From Myxococcota bacterium (GTDB lineage Bacteria; Myxococcota; SpSt-1050), in the NCBI GenBank assembly GCA_049969675.1, contig JBMFOP010000003.1, positions 1 to 19,197 on the forward strand: DNA of 19,197 nt. Reading direction: 5' to 3'. The notes beneath the pieces are model-generated. The model made no database searches, was not told the origin of the DNA, and saw nothing but the letters and a program-made list of their open reading frames with translations. Positions 8,106 to 16,899 of this stretch are shown one piece after another; the first letter of the stretch is position 1, and every line of letters starts with the position of its first letter. A program made the position numbers and the translations under genes.

Positions 8106-9056
8106 ATGTTGCACAATAGTCAGAGAGGCTCTTTCAAGGAATTTTCGGTTGCACCGAGATTTAGGGATGTTGTTCGGTGGAGATTGAGAGATAAAATAAT
8201 GAGTAGATATAGAGAGATTCCAGATGATATTCCTTATGTAGATGTGGATATAGAATTATTAAAGAGGCGGGAGAATTATCTACTGTGGGTGGGACATTCA
8301 ACTCTCTTATTAAATATTAAAGGGAAGAAGATTTTGATTGACCCTGTCTTCTCTGATAGACTACTAACAGTAAAGAGGATAAAGGGCCTCAATTATTCCC
8401 TGAAAGATATTATGCCGGTTGACTATGTACTCATAAGCCACAATCATATAGACCATATTGAGACGGGGGTCTTAAAGACACTTAAAAATTACAGCAGATA
8501 TCTTATACCGGCTGGACTGGATTATTATTTATCAAGACACAATGTTAAAAACTACATAGCATTTGACTGGTATGAATCCTTTAAGGAGAGAGAATTGGAA
8601 TTTATATTTGTCCCTGCGCAGCACTGGTCCCAGAGAGGAATCTTTGATAGAAATCGGTCTTTGTGGGGTGGATGGATAATAAAAAGTGATTTGCTCTCAA
8701 TATACTTTGCTGGCGATACCGGATATTTCAATATTTTTGATAAACTTAAGAAGATGTATGGCAGTTTCCATCTCTCTATATTGCCCATAGGTGCATATGC
8801 CCCGAGATGGTTCTCTTATAAAAATCATATGTCACCTTACGATGCACTCAGGGCATTTATTGAACTAAATGCTGAGAAGATGTTGCCGGTTCACTGGGGT
8901 GCATTCAGACTCGGCAAAGAGAGTGGTTCGGAACCGATAAGGAGGCTCTTATCCCTCTGGTCCAAAGAGAAGATAGAAGAGGAGAGACTCATCGCCCTGC
9001 CGGTAGGTGGGCTTTTATCTCTCTCCGGTATGCCCAAATCCACCATCTCCCCTTAA
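8106..9056 (+). CDS. Metallo-beta-lactamase-fold hydrolase, NAPE-PLD/RomA-like
   Basis: WVGHST, IDPVFS, SHNHIDH (HxHxDH), [31 protein letters not shown]. Confidence 0.9.
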   Translation: MLHNSQRGSFKEFSVAPRFRDVVRWRLRDKIMSRYREIPDDIPYVDVDIELLKRRENYLLWVGHSTLLLNIKGKKILIDPVFSDRLLTVKRIKGLNYSLKDIMPVDYVLISHNHIDHIETGVLKTLKNYSRYLIPAGLDYYLSRHNVKNYIAFDWYESFKERELEFIFVPAQHWSQRGIFDRNRSLWGGWIIKSDLLSIYFAGDTGYFNIFDKLKKMYGSFHLSILPIGAYAPRWFSYKNHMSPYDALRAFIELNAEKMLPVHWGAFRLGKESGSEPIRRLLSLWSKEKIEEERLIALPVGGLLSLSGMPKSTISP

Positions 9057-9467
9057 GGTCTCGCTCAGCTCTTCTACCTCAATCCATTCAATTCGTTCAA
9101 ATCTTGAAATTACCATCTGGGCGATTCTGTCCATATAATTTACCGTAAATGGTTGCCTTGATATATTTGAGAGGATTATCTTTATTTCACCTCTGTAATC
9201 GGGGTCAATAGTCCCCGGCGAGTTTAAGAGTGTAATACCATATTTTAGTGCGAGGCCTGAACGAGGTCTTATCTGTGCCTCATAACCATCAGGGAGCTCT
9301 ATGGATATCCCTGTGGGAATTGCGACTGTCATAAGGGGTTCAATAATTATTGGCTTGAGGTTTACCGCATAGATGTCCATACCTGCACTACCGTTTGTGA
9401 TATATTCGGGAAATTTAGGCTCGCCATATTCTGGACTTAAAATCTTTTTAATCTTAATCTGTATCAT
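9015..9467 (-). CDS. dut: dUTP diphosphatase (trimeric dUTPase)
   Basis: All five motifs: [38 protein letters not shown]. Confidence 0.97.
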   Translation of the reverse strand: MIQIKIKKILSPEYGEPKFPEYITNGSAGMDIYAVNLKPIIIEPLMTVAIPTGISIELPDGYEAQIRPRSGLALKYGITLLNSPGTIDPDYRGEIKIILSNISRQPFTVNYMDRIAQMVISRFERIEWIEVEELSETLRGDGGFGHTGER

Positions 9468-9787
9468 CTTCTTACAGTCTCAAAAATCCAGTTTAGATAT
9501 TCCTGATTCCCCTCTTTGATCTCCACTGAGATTATCTCTGGAACTGAATATGGGTGGGTCATAATGATTCGTCTCTTTAAGTCTTCAAAGAGCCCTTCCG
9601 AGCTCTTGATTATCATCAGTGTCTCCTGCTCGTCCTGAACCTTCTCATCCCAATAAAAGATTGATCTTACTCCAGATATGATATTGACACAGGCCGCCAG
9701 CCTCTCAGAGACAATTGTTCTGGCAATATCTGCTGCATCTGAGTGAGATGGGGTGGTGACAAATACAATGATTGCTTTGTCTGGCAT
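9464..9787 (-). CDS. cutA: Divalent-cation tolerance protein CutA (PII-like)
   Basis: [35 protein letters not shown]. 4-nt ATGA overlap with dut. Confidence 0.96.
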   Translation of the reverse strand: MPDKAIIVFVTTPSHSDAADIARTIVSERLAACVNIISGVRSIFYWDEKVQDEQETLMIIKSSEGLFEDLKRRIIMTHPYSVPEIISVEIKEGNQEYLNWIFETVRR

Positions 9788-9789
9788 AT

Positions 9790-10203
9790 TTATCTCCTCT
9801 TAATTATTTGTAGTTCACCTCTGGTCCTGTAAATAGTTGTAAACTCATCTCTCTCCACTACTATTGAGACACCTTTGAATTTTCCATCAGGGGAGAAGCC
9901 GTTGTGCCAGCCCTCAACGAGGACTGGTTTGAATGGTTCAAGTCTCAAAATCCTTTCTCTTCCTCTATCATCTATGATCAGAAGGGAGATTTTTCCCTTA
10001 ATGAGCATAAAGAATTCGGGGCAATTGTGCCTTTCAAGGATATTTATCTCACTACACTTAGTAAATTCGGGTGAGTAGATGCCAATTCTATAATGTCTTC
10101 TATCCCCGCAGATTACCTGCCACCTCTTTTTAGGCTTGATTTTTAATAATCTATCAACCTTAACTGTCGGGAATGATGGATATCTGGTCTTTATAATCTT
10201 CAC
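9790..10203 (-). CDS. Hypothetical cupin-fold protein, ureidoglycolate-lyase-like motifs
   Basis: GTG start with SD GAGGAG. LERHNCPEFF and GWHN resemble the LERH...E...WH metal-binding pattern of AllA-like cupins. Ends 2 nt before cutA. Confidence 0.65.
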   Translation of the reverse strand: MKIIKTRYPSFPTVKVDRLLKIKPKKRWQVICGDRRHYRIGIYSPEFTKCSEINILERHNCPEFFMLIKGKISLLIIDDRGRERILRLEPFKPVLVEGWHNGFSPDGKFKGVSIVVERDEFTTIYRTRGELQIIKRR

Positions 10204-10374
10204 AACAACTCCTCTCTGAGAGACCTTTCTGTATCATTTGCTTTGAAAAACATCAACAAAAATTCTTTATAAATTGCTTGATTTTTTTAAACCTTACATT
10301 ATTATAGCCGCCTGTTTTTGCCAGATTAATAGGTCTTATGGCAAAGTAGAATTATTGTTTTTTAAGGAGTTGTC

Positions 10375-11973
10375 ATGCTTGATAAACTTAGGAAGGAGAA
10401 GCAGTCGTCCTGGAGCTGGGCGCTTACCCTGATGATTATTGTAACATTCCTTTTCTTTTTCGGTCCGGGTAGTTTTAGGAGGACAAGAGCCGGTTGTGGA
10501 GTAATATCATACGCCGCTAAAGTAAATAATGCGGTAATCTCAATTGAGGATTTCAACTTTGCATATACCTCACGATATAGAGAGATGCAGAAGTACAATC
10601 CGAATTTCTCAAGAGATATGGCAAAGAGTATGAATCTGAGACAGTCAGTTATGGATGAACTGATTGACCTTGAAATACTCGCCCAGATGGCCGCCAGTTA
10701 TAATCTTGTTGTCTCTGATGCGGAGGTTGCAAAGAGTATTGCAGAGATGCCGATATTTCAACAGAATGGTGAGTTTGATTATAACCTGTATGAGAGGATT
10801 GTAAAGTACCATATGCAAATAACACCAAAGAGATTTGAAGAGAAGCAGAAGAAGAGAATCCTCGCTGTAAAATTGCTTGAGCTTATCAAGGACTCCGTCA
10901 AGGTAGATGAAGAATCAGCCCTTATGGACTATCTGAAAAGGAATAATAAAGTTAATCTCTATTATGTAAAGTTTGACCCGAAAATACAGATGAAGAATGT
11001 AAAGGTTGAAGATAATGAGGTAGAGAATCTCATCAGGAGTGACTATTCTAAGATTGAGGCATATTATAATACTCATATCTCTGAGTTCAGCCAGCCAAAG
11101 CAGTATAGGGCAAGACACATTCTATTAAAGCTCGCTCAGAATGCGGATGAGTCACAGGCAAATGAGGTGCTCGCAAAGGCGAAGAAGATAATTGCGGATA
11201 TAAAAGCCGGTGCAAAGTTTGAAGATCTTGCAAAACAGTACTCTGAGGATGAGGTCTCAAAGGTGAGAGGCGGGGACCTGGACTATTTCCCGGAGGGGAG
11301 GATGGTAAAGCCATTTGAGGATGCAGTTAAGAATCTGAAAGATGGGGAGATGACAGATGAGCCGGTCAGGACTGTATTTGGTTATCACATAATAAAGAGA
11401 GAGGGTTCAAAAGAGGCTACTAAGAGAGAACTCAAAGATGTGGAGAGAGAGATTGCAAAGAGAATTATTGTAAACGAGAAGGCAGAGGCACTTGTAAAAG
11501 CAGATGCAGAGAAACTTCTATCAGCAATAAAGTCTGGTAGGAGGCTGGAAGAACTGGTTCCAAAAGAGCCAGAGAAAGATGAACATCAGATGATTGTGGG
11601 TGCCCCGGAGCCTGATACAGTATTCCTGAAGGAGACTGGAATGTTCAATGCCTCCCAGAACTATATCCCGGGGCTCGGAATGGCGGAGGATTTGATAAAG
11701 AGAATCTTTACTGAAAATGGAGTTGTTGAGGAGTTGACAGATGTTGTAAAGGTCGGGAACTTCTATTATCTTGTTTCAATAAAGGAGAAGGAAGTAAAGA
11801 CAAAAGAAGATTTTGAGAAGGAGAAGGACCAGTATATTAAGATGCTTGAGGCGTCTCGTCAGGGGGCGGTCGTTCAGGAGTTTATAAAGTCATTGAGAGA
11901 GAAGGCAAAGGTAAATATAAATACAACATTGATATCCTACGACGAGAAACGTTCAAGGGATATGGATTATTAG
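10375..11973 (+). CDS. ppiD: Membrane-anchored periplasmic foldase, PpiD/SurA-N-domain with parvulin PPIase domain
   Basis: N-terminal TM helix, AAKVN SurA_N-like region, parvulin motifs ARHIL, FEDLAKQYSED, GGDLDYF, MVKPFE, TVFGYHIIK; SD AAGGAG. Confidence 0.85.
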   Translation: MLDKLRKEKQSSWSWALTLMIIVTFLFFFGPGSFRRTRAGCGVISYAAKVNNAVISIEDFNFAYTSRYREMQKYNPNFSRDMAKSMNLRQSVMDELIDLEILAQMAASYNLVVSDAEVAKSIAEMPIFQQNGEFDYNLYERIVKYHMQITPKRFEEKQKKRILAVKLLELIKDSVKVDEESALMDYLKRNNKVNLYYVKFDPKIQMKNVKVEDNEVENLIRSDYSKIEAYYNTHISEFSQPKQYRARHILLKLAQNADESQANEVLAKAKKIIADIKAGAKFEDLAKQYSEDEVSKVRGGDLDYFPEGRMVKPFEDAVKNLKDGEMTDEPVRTVFGYHIIKREGSKEATKRELKDVEREIAKRIIVNEKAEALVKADAEKLLSAIKSGRRLEELVPKEPEKDEHQMIVGAPEPDTVFLKETGMFNASQNYIPGLGMAEDLIKRIFTENGVVEELTDVVKVGNFYYLVSIKEKEVKTKEDFEKEKDQYIKMLEASRQGAVVQEFIKSLREKAKVNINTTLISYDEKRSRDMDY

Positions 11974-12098
11974 TACAAATTAGTTGATAAGGAATGAAAC
12001 AATTTGTTTTGTAATGTATTCAGGATCTGCTTGCTTGATTTTTTAATTGCCTTAATCAATAAAATTTAGTAATGAAAATTCTGATTGGAGGTCATAAT

Positions 12099-12821
12099 AT
12101 GTCACATCACATTTTTAAGAAGATTATACTTCTCGGAAGGCCTGCCGCTGGCAAGTCTGAGGTCATTGATTTTCTCAAGAGAACCCCCCTTGAAGAACGA
12201 AAGAATAAGTTTTATATTGGGGAGATAGTGGAGTTTGATGACTTTATTTATGTCTGGCAGACATTTGAAGACGATGATATATGGGATAAGAAGCTCCACA
12301 AACCCCGCAAAAATACATCGAGTGATTATTACTTTTATGACCACGATATCTGGAACTTTTTTATTCACAAGATCAATCTTGCATACGCAAAGGAGATTGC
12401 ACGAAACAGGACTCTGCATGATACCCATACTGCGTTGATTGAATTCTCGCGAGGGGGTGAAAATGGCTTTGGCGAGGCGTTTTCGCACCTCTCGGATGAG
12501 ATCTTAAAGGATGCGGTAATCCTTTATATATCAGTCTCATATAACGAATCTGTTAGAAAGAATAGACGAAGATTTAGGCCCGAGCTTGCAGACTCTATTC
12601 TCTATCACTCCTTGCCCGATGATAAGATGGAATTTTATTACAGGACAAACGACTGGGAGAGGCTCACAGATAATAAACCATCAGGATATCTTAATATCAA
12701 AAATCATAAAGTCCCATTTGCGGTACTGTATAATGAACCTGAGGTAACCGATTCTGATGCCAAGCTCGGTGTAGCACTCAAAAATGTATTTGAAGAGCTA
12801 CACAATCTGATCGGTAAGTAG
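12099..12821 (+). CDS. Uncharacterised P-loop NTPase, nucleoside/nucleotide-kinase-like
   Basis: IILLGRPAAGKS Walker A at the N-terminus, ALIEFSRG at a Walker B-like position, RKNRRR lid-like motif. Start moved from 12072 to the in-frame ATG 12099 because of SD GGAGGT. Confidence 0.8.
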   Translation: MSHHIFKKIILLGRPAAGKSEVIDFLKRTPLEERKNKFYIGEIVEFDDFIYVWQTFEDDDIWDKKLHKPRKNTSSDYYFYDHDIWNFFIHKINLAYAKEIARNRTLHDTHTALIEFSRGGENGFGEAFSHLSDEILKDAVILYISVSYNESVRKNRRRFRPELADSILYHSLPDDKMEFYYRTNDWERLTDNKPSGYLNIKNHKVPFAVLYNEPEVTDSDAKLGVALKNVFEELHNLIGK

Positions 12822-12852
12822 TCAATAGAATTTTTATCAGGATAAAACAATA

Positions 12853-12880
12853 TTGAATGGATTTATATCCCGACTATAAG
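12853..12880 (+). promoter_or_regulatory. Candidate promoter for ispE (possibly leaderless)
   Basis: TTGAAT (12853-12858), 16 nt, TATAAG (12875-12880), then 6 nt to ATG 12887; no SD. Confidence 0.4.
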
Positions 12881-12886
12881 TAGCAT

Positions 12887-13816
12887 ATGTGCAACTCTGT
12901 TTTAAAAGATAAATGTGTTCAATTATTAGAGGGAGAGACTGTCGCATTCCCTTCCTGTGCAAAAGTAAATTTATTTCTATATATTATTGGAAGGCGAGCT
13001 GATGGTTATCATCTGATAAAGTCTCTGTTTGTGCCAGTCTCACTTTTTGATATTCTCAAAGTGAGATTGATTTCAAAGAGTGGTTTAATCGTCAGATGTG
13101 ATGAAGATTGGTTTGATTCCTCAAACAACACCTTAAAGCAGGCGTTTGACTACTTTTCTAAGTTCTCCGGTTTCAAAATTGGTATGAGCATCTGGCTGAT
13201 AAAGAATATTCCCGTTGGTTCGGGTCTGGGGGGCGGCTCCTCAAATGCGGCAACATTACTCAAATTACTCAATATCCTGATGAAACTTAGAGATGGTAAT
13301 GCCCTTAAACTTGATGAACTACTTTATATTGGGGCGAAGATTGGGGCTGATGTACCATTCTTTATAAAGGGCAGGCCGGCTATGATTGAGGGTATAGGAG
13401 ATATAATTAAGGAAATAAGATTGAAAGATGATCTATATTTTGTAATAGCATACCCATCTATACCATTTTATACCAGAAATATGTACAATCTATACGATAA
13501 ATTAAACAGATTGACAAAACACACAAAAGGTGATAAGCATCTTCCTCCCTTTTTGGGGTACAAATATATTGCCCGCACGGTTTATAATGACTTTGAGGCG
13601 GTATTGAGAGGTAGAAGAAGTAAGATAATTATGAATTTGAAGAATTCGCTTAAGAAGTATGGTGCAGGGGCTGCAGCCCTTTCAGGTTCAGGTTCGGCGG
13701 TCTTTGGCATTTTTCGGGATGTCAGTGATTCCAGTTTTGCCTATTTGAGAATGATTGAAGATTTTCCAGATTATAAGATCTTCTCAGCAAAAGTTGTCAG
13801 GGGGGATCCTCTATGA
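12887..13816 (+). CDS. ispE: 4-diphosphocytidyl-2-C-methyl-D-erythritol kinase
   Basis: AKVNLFL, RRADGYH, KNIPVGSGLGGGSSNAA, IGADVPFF, NDFE, LSGSGSAVFG; canonical position before tRNA-Gln and prs. Confidence 0.96.
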   Translation: MCNSVLKDKCVQLLEGETVAFPSCAKVNLFLYIIGRRADGYHLIKSLFVPVSLFDILKVRLISKSGLIVRCDEDWFDSSNNTLKQAFDYFSKFSGFKIGMSIWLIKNIPVGSGLGGGSSNAATLLKLLNILMKLRDGNALKLDELLYIGAKIGADVPFFIKGRPAMIEGIGDIIKEIRLKDDLYFVIAYPSIPFYTRNMYNLYDKLNRLTKHTKGDKHLPPFLGYKYIARTVYNDFEAVLRGRRSKIIMNLKNSLKKYGAGAAALSGSGSAVFGIFRDVSDSSFAYLRMIEDFPDYKIFSAKVVRGDPL

Positions 13817-13831
13817 TTTTGCATCCCATAC

Positions 13832-13903
13832 TGGGGCGTCGTCAAGCGGCAAGACACGGGTCTTTGGCACCCGCATACGAAGGTTCGAATCCTTCCGCCC
13901 CAG
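13832..13903 (+). tRNA. tRNA-Gln (anticodon UUG), CCA not encoded
   Basis: Acceptor stem TGGGGCG/CGCCCCA plus discriminator G; D arm GTC...GAC; anticodon arm CGGGT-CTTTGGC-ACCCG; T arm GAAGG-TTCGAAT-CCTTC. Confidence 0.97.
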
Positions 13904-13936
13904 CTTTTTATATTTCCATTGGAGAGGGGAGAAGAG

Positions 13937-14878
13937 ATGGATAGGATTAGATTGCTCGCAGGGAATTCAAATCTTGAGCTTGCCAGAAAGATATCACAAT
14001 ATCTTCAGATTGACCTGACAGACTCAAAGGTCTCCAGATTCAGCGATGGTGAGGTAGAGGTTGAGATTAGAGAGAATGTTAGAGGTAGAAATGTCTTCAT
14101 CCTTCAATCTACATCAACTCCCGCCAATGAGCATCTGATGGAACTCCTGATTATGATAGATGCCTGTAAGAGGTCTTCTGCTCAGGAGATCATTGCCGTA
14201 ATGCCTTATTATGGGTATGCAAGGCAGGATAGGAAGGTCGCTTCCAGGGCCCCAATAACAGCAAAACTTGTTGCGGACCTCCTCACAGCGGCAGGTGCGA
14301 CAAGGGTTATTTCGGTAGACCTTCATGCCGGGCAGATTCAGGGATTTTTTAATATTCCTGTGGACCATCTATATGCCGCTCCCGTATTCCTTGAAGATAT
14401 GAGAGTGAGGTTCCCCAATAAAAATATTGTTATTGTTTCACCAGACGCGGGCGGTGTGGAGAGGGCGAGGGCCTATTCAAAGAGACTTGATTGTTCAATT
14501 GCAATAGTAGATAAGAGGAGACCGCAGCCAAATGTCTCTGAGGTAATGAATCTGATTGGCGATGTGGAGGGTAAGATTGCAATCCTTCTGGATGATATAG
14601 TGGATACTGCTGGTTCTCTCACAAAGGCGGCTACTGCTGTAATGGAGAAGGGGGCAATAGAGGTCTATGCGTATGCAGTTCATGGGGTATTGTCTGGAGA
14701 TGCCTTTAAGAAGATAGAAGATTCCCCAATAAAGGATATTACGATTACTGACACAATAGCACTGAGAGAAGAGGGAAAGCATTTCCCCAAAATTAGATAT
14801 CTTACAGTCTCCAGACTTTTAGGTGAGGCTATAAGAAGGATACATTATGGAGACTCTGTCTCCTCTTTATTTGTTTAG
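13937..14878 (+). CDS. prs: Ribose-phosphate pyrophosphokinase
   Basis: FSDGE, PYYGYARQDRK, DLHAGQIQGFF, VSPDAGG, DDIVDTAGS. ATG 13937 preferred over TTG 13919 (SD GGAGA upstream). Confidence 0.98.
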   Translation: MDRIRLLAGNSNLELARKISQYLQIDLTDSKVSRFSDGEVEVEIRENVRGRNVFILQSTSTPANEHLMELLIMIDACKRSSAQEIIAVMPYYGYARQDRKVASRAPITAKLVADLLTAAGATRVISVDLHAGQIQGFFNIPVDHLYAAPVFLEDMRVRFPNKNIVIVSPDAGGVERARAYSKRLDCSIAIVDKRRPQPNVSEVMNLIGDVEGKIAILLDDIVDTAGSLTKAATAVMEKGAIEVYAYAVHGVLSGDAFKKIEDSPIKDITITDTIALREEGKHFPKIRYLTVSRLLGEAIRRIHYGDSVSSLFV

Positions 14879-14890
14879 GAGGTAATTCAG

Positions 14891-15622
14891 ATGGAACAGA
14901 TTGAAATTATGGCAAAACTGAGAGAGAAGGTTGGAAAATCTGCTGCAAGAAAGTCTCGCAAGGGGGATGTGGTACCGGCAGTATGTTATGGAGGCGATTC
15001 ATCTCCAGTACATATTGAGGTCTCCACAATGGAGGTGAAAAAGGCGATAGCCACTCCTTATGGGCTAAATACAATTATCAATCTGAAGATTGCTTCAAAT
15101 AAGGAGACAATCTCAAAGAAGGTCCTTATTAAGGATGTCCAGAAGGATGTCTTTGGTAAGAAGGTCCTGCATATGGACTTTGTGGAGATCAGGGATGAGA
15201 AGCCCATCAGAGTAAAGGTTCCGGTAAGACTTACAGGAAAGGCAAAGGGAGTGGCAGAGGGTGGTATTTTACAACAGATTATAAGAGAGCTTGACATAAA
15301 GTGCCTCCCCGGAGATATCCCGATTGCGATTGAACACGATGTCACATCTCTGGGCATTGGTGGTGCAATCCATGTCAGGGATTTAAAGGTTCCGGAGAGA
15401 TCAAAGGTCCTTGTTGACAAAGACAGGACAGTGGCTGTGATAGTTGAGGTCAAGGAGGAGGTCGTTGCGGGACAGGTGCCAGCGGCGGGAGCGGCGGCAT
15501 CAGCAGAGGGATCGGCGCCATCAGAGGGGTCAGCAGCACCAGCAACGGCGCAATCCCCGGCAGCAGGGGCAGCAGCCGAGAAGCCAGCAGCGGCGAAACC
15601 ATCTCAGGTAGAGAAGAAATAA
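14891..15622 (+). CDS. rplY: 50S ribosomal protein L25 / general stress protein Ctc (long form)
   Basis: GKSAARKSR, VPAVCYG, LHMDF, GVAEGG, IHVRDL; position between prs and pth; SD AGGAGGT. Confidence 0.96.
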   Translation: MEQIEIMAKLREKVGKSAARKSRKGDVVPAVCYGGDSSPVHIEVSTMEVKKAIATPYGLNTIINLKIASNKETISKKVLIKDVQKDVFGKKVLHMDFVEIRDEKPIRVKVPVRLTGKAKGVAEGGILQQIIRELDIKCLPGDIPIAIEHDVTSLGIGGAIHVRDLKVPERSKVLVDKDRTVAVIVEVKEEVVAGQVPAAGAAASAEGSAPSEGSAAPATAQSPAAGAAAEKPAAAKPSQVEKK

Positions 15623-15628
15623 TGAATA

Positions 15629-16231
15629 ATGTCTCAAACTCTTCAAAAATATCTTTTTGTTGGATTGGGGAATCCGGGTGTAAAATATTCAAAGAACAGG
15701 CATAATGTAGGATATATGGTTATCACTGAATACATAAACTCATCTAAACTGGAGATAAGGGAGATGAAATTCGGTGCAGGTTGTGAAACATCCTCTGCGA
15801 TATTTATTATGCCGGATACCTATATGAATAATTCTGGAAGGGCGGTTAGACATTATCTGTGGAAGGTCGGGATGAACCCATCCAATATCTGTGTTATTCA
15901 GGATGATATGGATATAGAGAGGGGAAGGGTGCTTTTGAAATTTAATGGGGGAGACAACGGGCATAATGGGATAAGGTCAATCAATACTTTAATAGGTTCA
16001 AATAAATATTATAGACTTCGTATTGGCGTGGGCAGGCCTTATGAGGGAGTTGACCCGGCAGATTATCTCCTCTCTGACTTTTCACCAGAAGAGATGGATA
16101 TTATCAGAGAGGCAATTGGAAGGGCTGCGGATGGAATAGATATTATCATAAAGGATGGTTTTATAAAAGCAATGAATAAAATTAACAGGACAAAAAATCC
16201 GAGTAAGAAGGAGGAAGAAATCAATGATTAG
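15629..16231 (+). CDS. pth: Peptidyl-tRNA hydrolase
   Basis: VGLGNPG, RHNVG, TYMNNSG, DDMD, GHNG, RLRIGVGRP. Confidence 0.97.
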   Translation: MSQTLQKYLFVGLGNPGVKYSKNRHNVGYMVITEYINSSKLEIREMKFGAGCETSSAIFIMPDTYMNNSGRAVRHYLWKVGMNPSNICVIQDDMDIERGRVLLKFNGGDNGHNGIRSINTLIGSNKYYRLRIGVGRPYEGVDPADYLLSDFSPEEMDIIREAIGRAADGIDIIIKDGFIKAMNKINRTKNPSKKEEEIND

Positions 16232-16649
16232 AGAGTATGAAACGCTCTATATTGTCTCACCAGAGCTTGACAGGAGCGGAGTAGAGAATCTAAACAGTAA
16301 ATTTAAGGCGATTATACAGGAGAATGGAGGTAAGGTAATAAAACTTACCAGATGGGGGAAGCGGGACCTTGCCTATAGGATAAAGAAGCATAATCACGGC
16401 TTTTATGTCCACCTGAATTATTTTGGAGAAGGCAGAACCGTGAGTGAACTCCAGAGAAATATGAGACTCAATGAGAATATTCTGAGGTATATCACGGTGA
16501 AACTTACCGATAAGGCTGATATCAATTCAAAAGAGACACAACCTGATTCTGACCTGGAGGTAAAGACCACCGAACAGCTATCAGATAAGGGGACAGAATC
16601 GAAGGAAGTAAAGGAAGTAGGGAATGAAAAGAACGGAGGTAATGAGTAA
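16224..16649 (+). CDS. rpsF: 30S ribosomal protein S6
   Basis: [36 protein letters not shown]; overlaps the end of pth by 8 nt. Confidence 0.97.
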   Translation: MIREYETLYIVSPELDRSGVENLNSKFKAIIQENGGKVIKLTRWGKRDLAYRIKKHNHGFYVHLNYFGEGRTVSELQRNMRLNENILRYITVKLTDKADINSKETQPDSDLEVKTTEQLSDKGTESKEVKEVGNEKNGGNE

Positions 16650-16867
16650 TGAAAAGGAAGATGTGCAGATTTTGCAGCGACAAAAATCTCAAGATCGACT
16701 TTAAGGATGTGGACTTACTCAGGCACTTTATCTCTGAAAGAGGGAAGATTGTTCCCAGACGCATTTCCGGAAACTGCGCAAAGCATCAGAGATGGGTCTG
16801 TGAGGCAATCAAGAGGGCAAGACATATAGCCCTTCTACCTTATGTCTCCATTGAGTTGCAGGAATAA
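16649..16867 (+). CDS. rpsR: 30S ribosomal protein S18 (zinc-binding Cys-containing form)
   Basis: [48 protein letters not shown] coupling to rpsF. Confidence 0.98.
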   Translation: MKRKMCRFCSDKNLKIDFKDVDLLRHFISERGKIVPRRISGNCAKHQRWVCEAIKRARHIALLPYVSIELQE

Positions 16868-16899
16868 AAAATTTCTCCTTTTTGTAGTGGAGGTTAGAG

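Noticed and set aside
10480..10500. RAGC in PpiD as a lipobox
   Set aside because: The Cys is at about residue 41, separated from the hydrophobic helix by GPGSFRRTR; an uncleaved TM anchor is more consistent.
13755..14018. 87-aa ORF spanning the ispE end, tRNA and prs start
   Set aside because: Reads through the tRNA-Gln gene; spurious.
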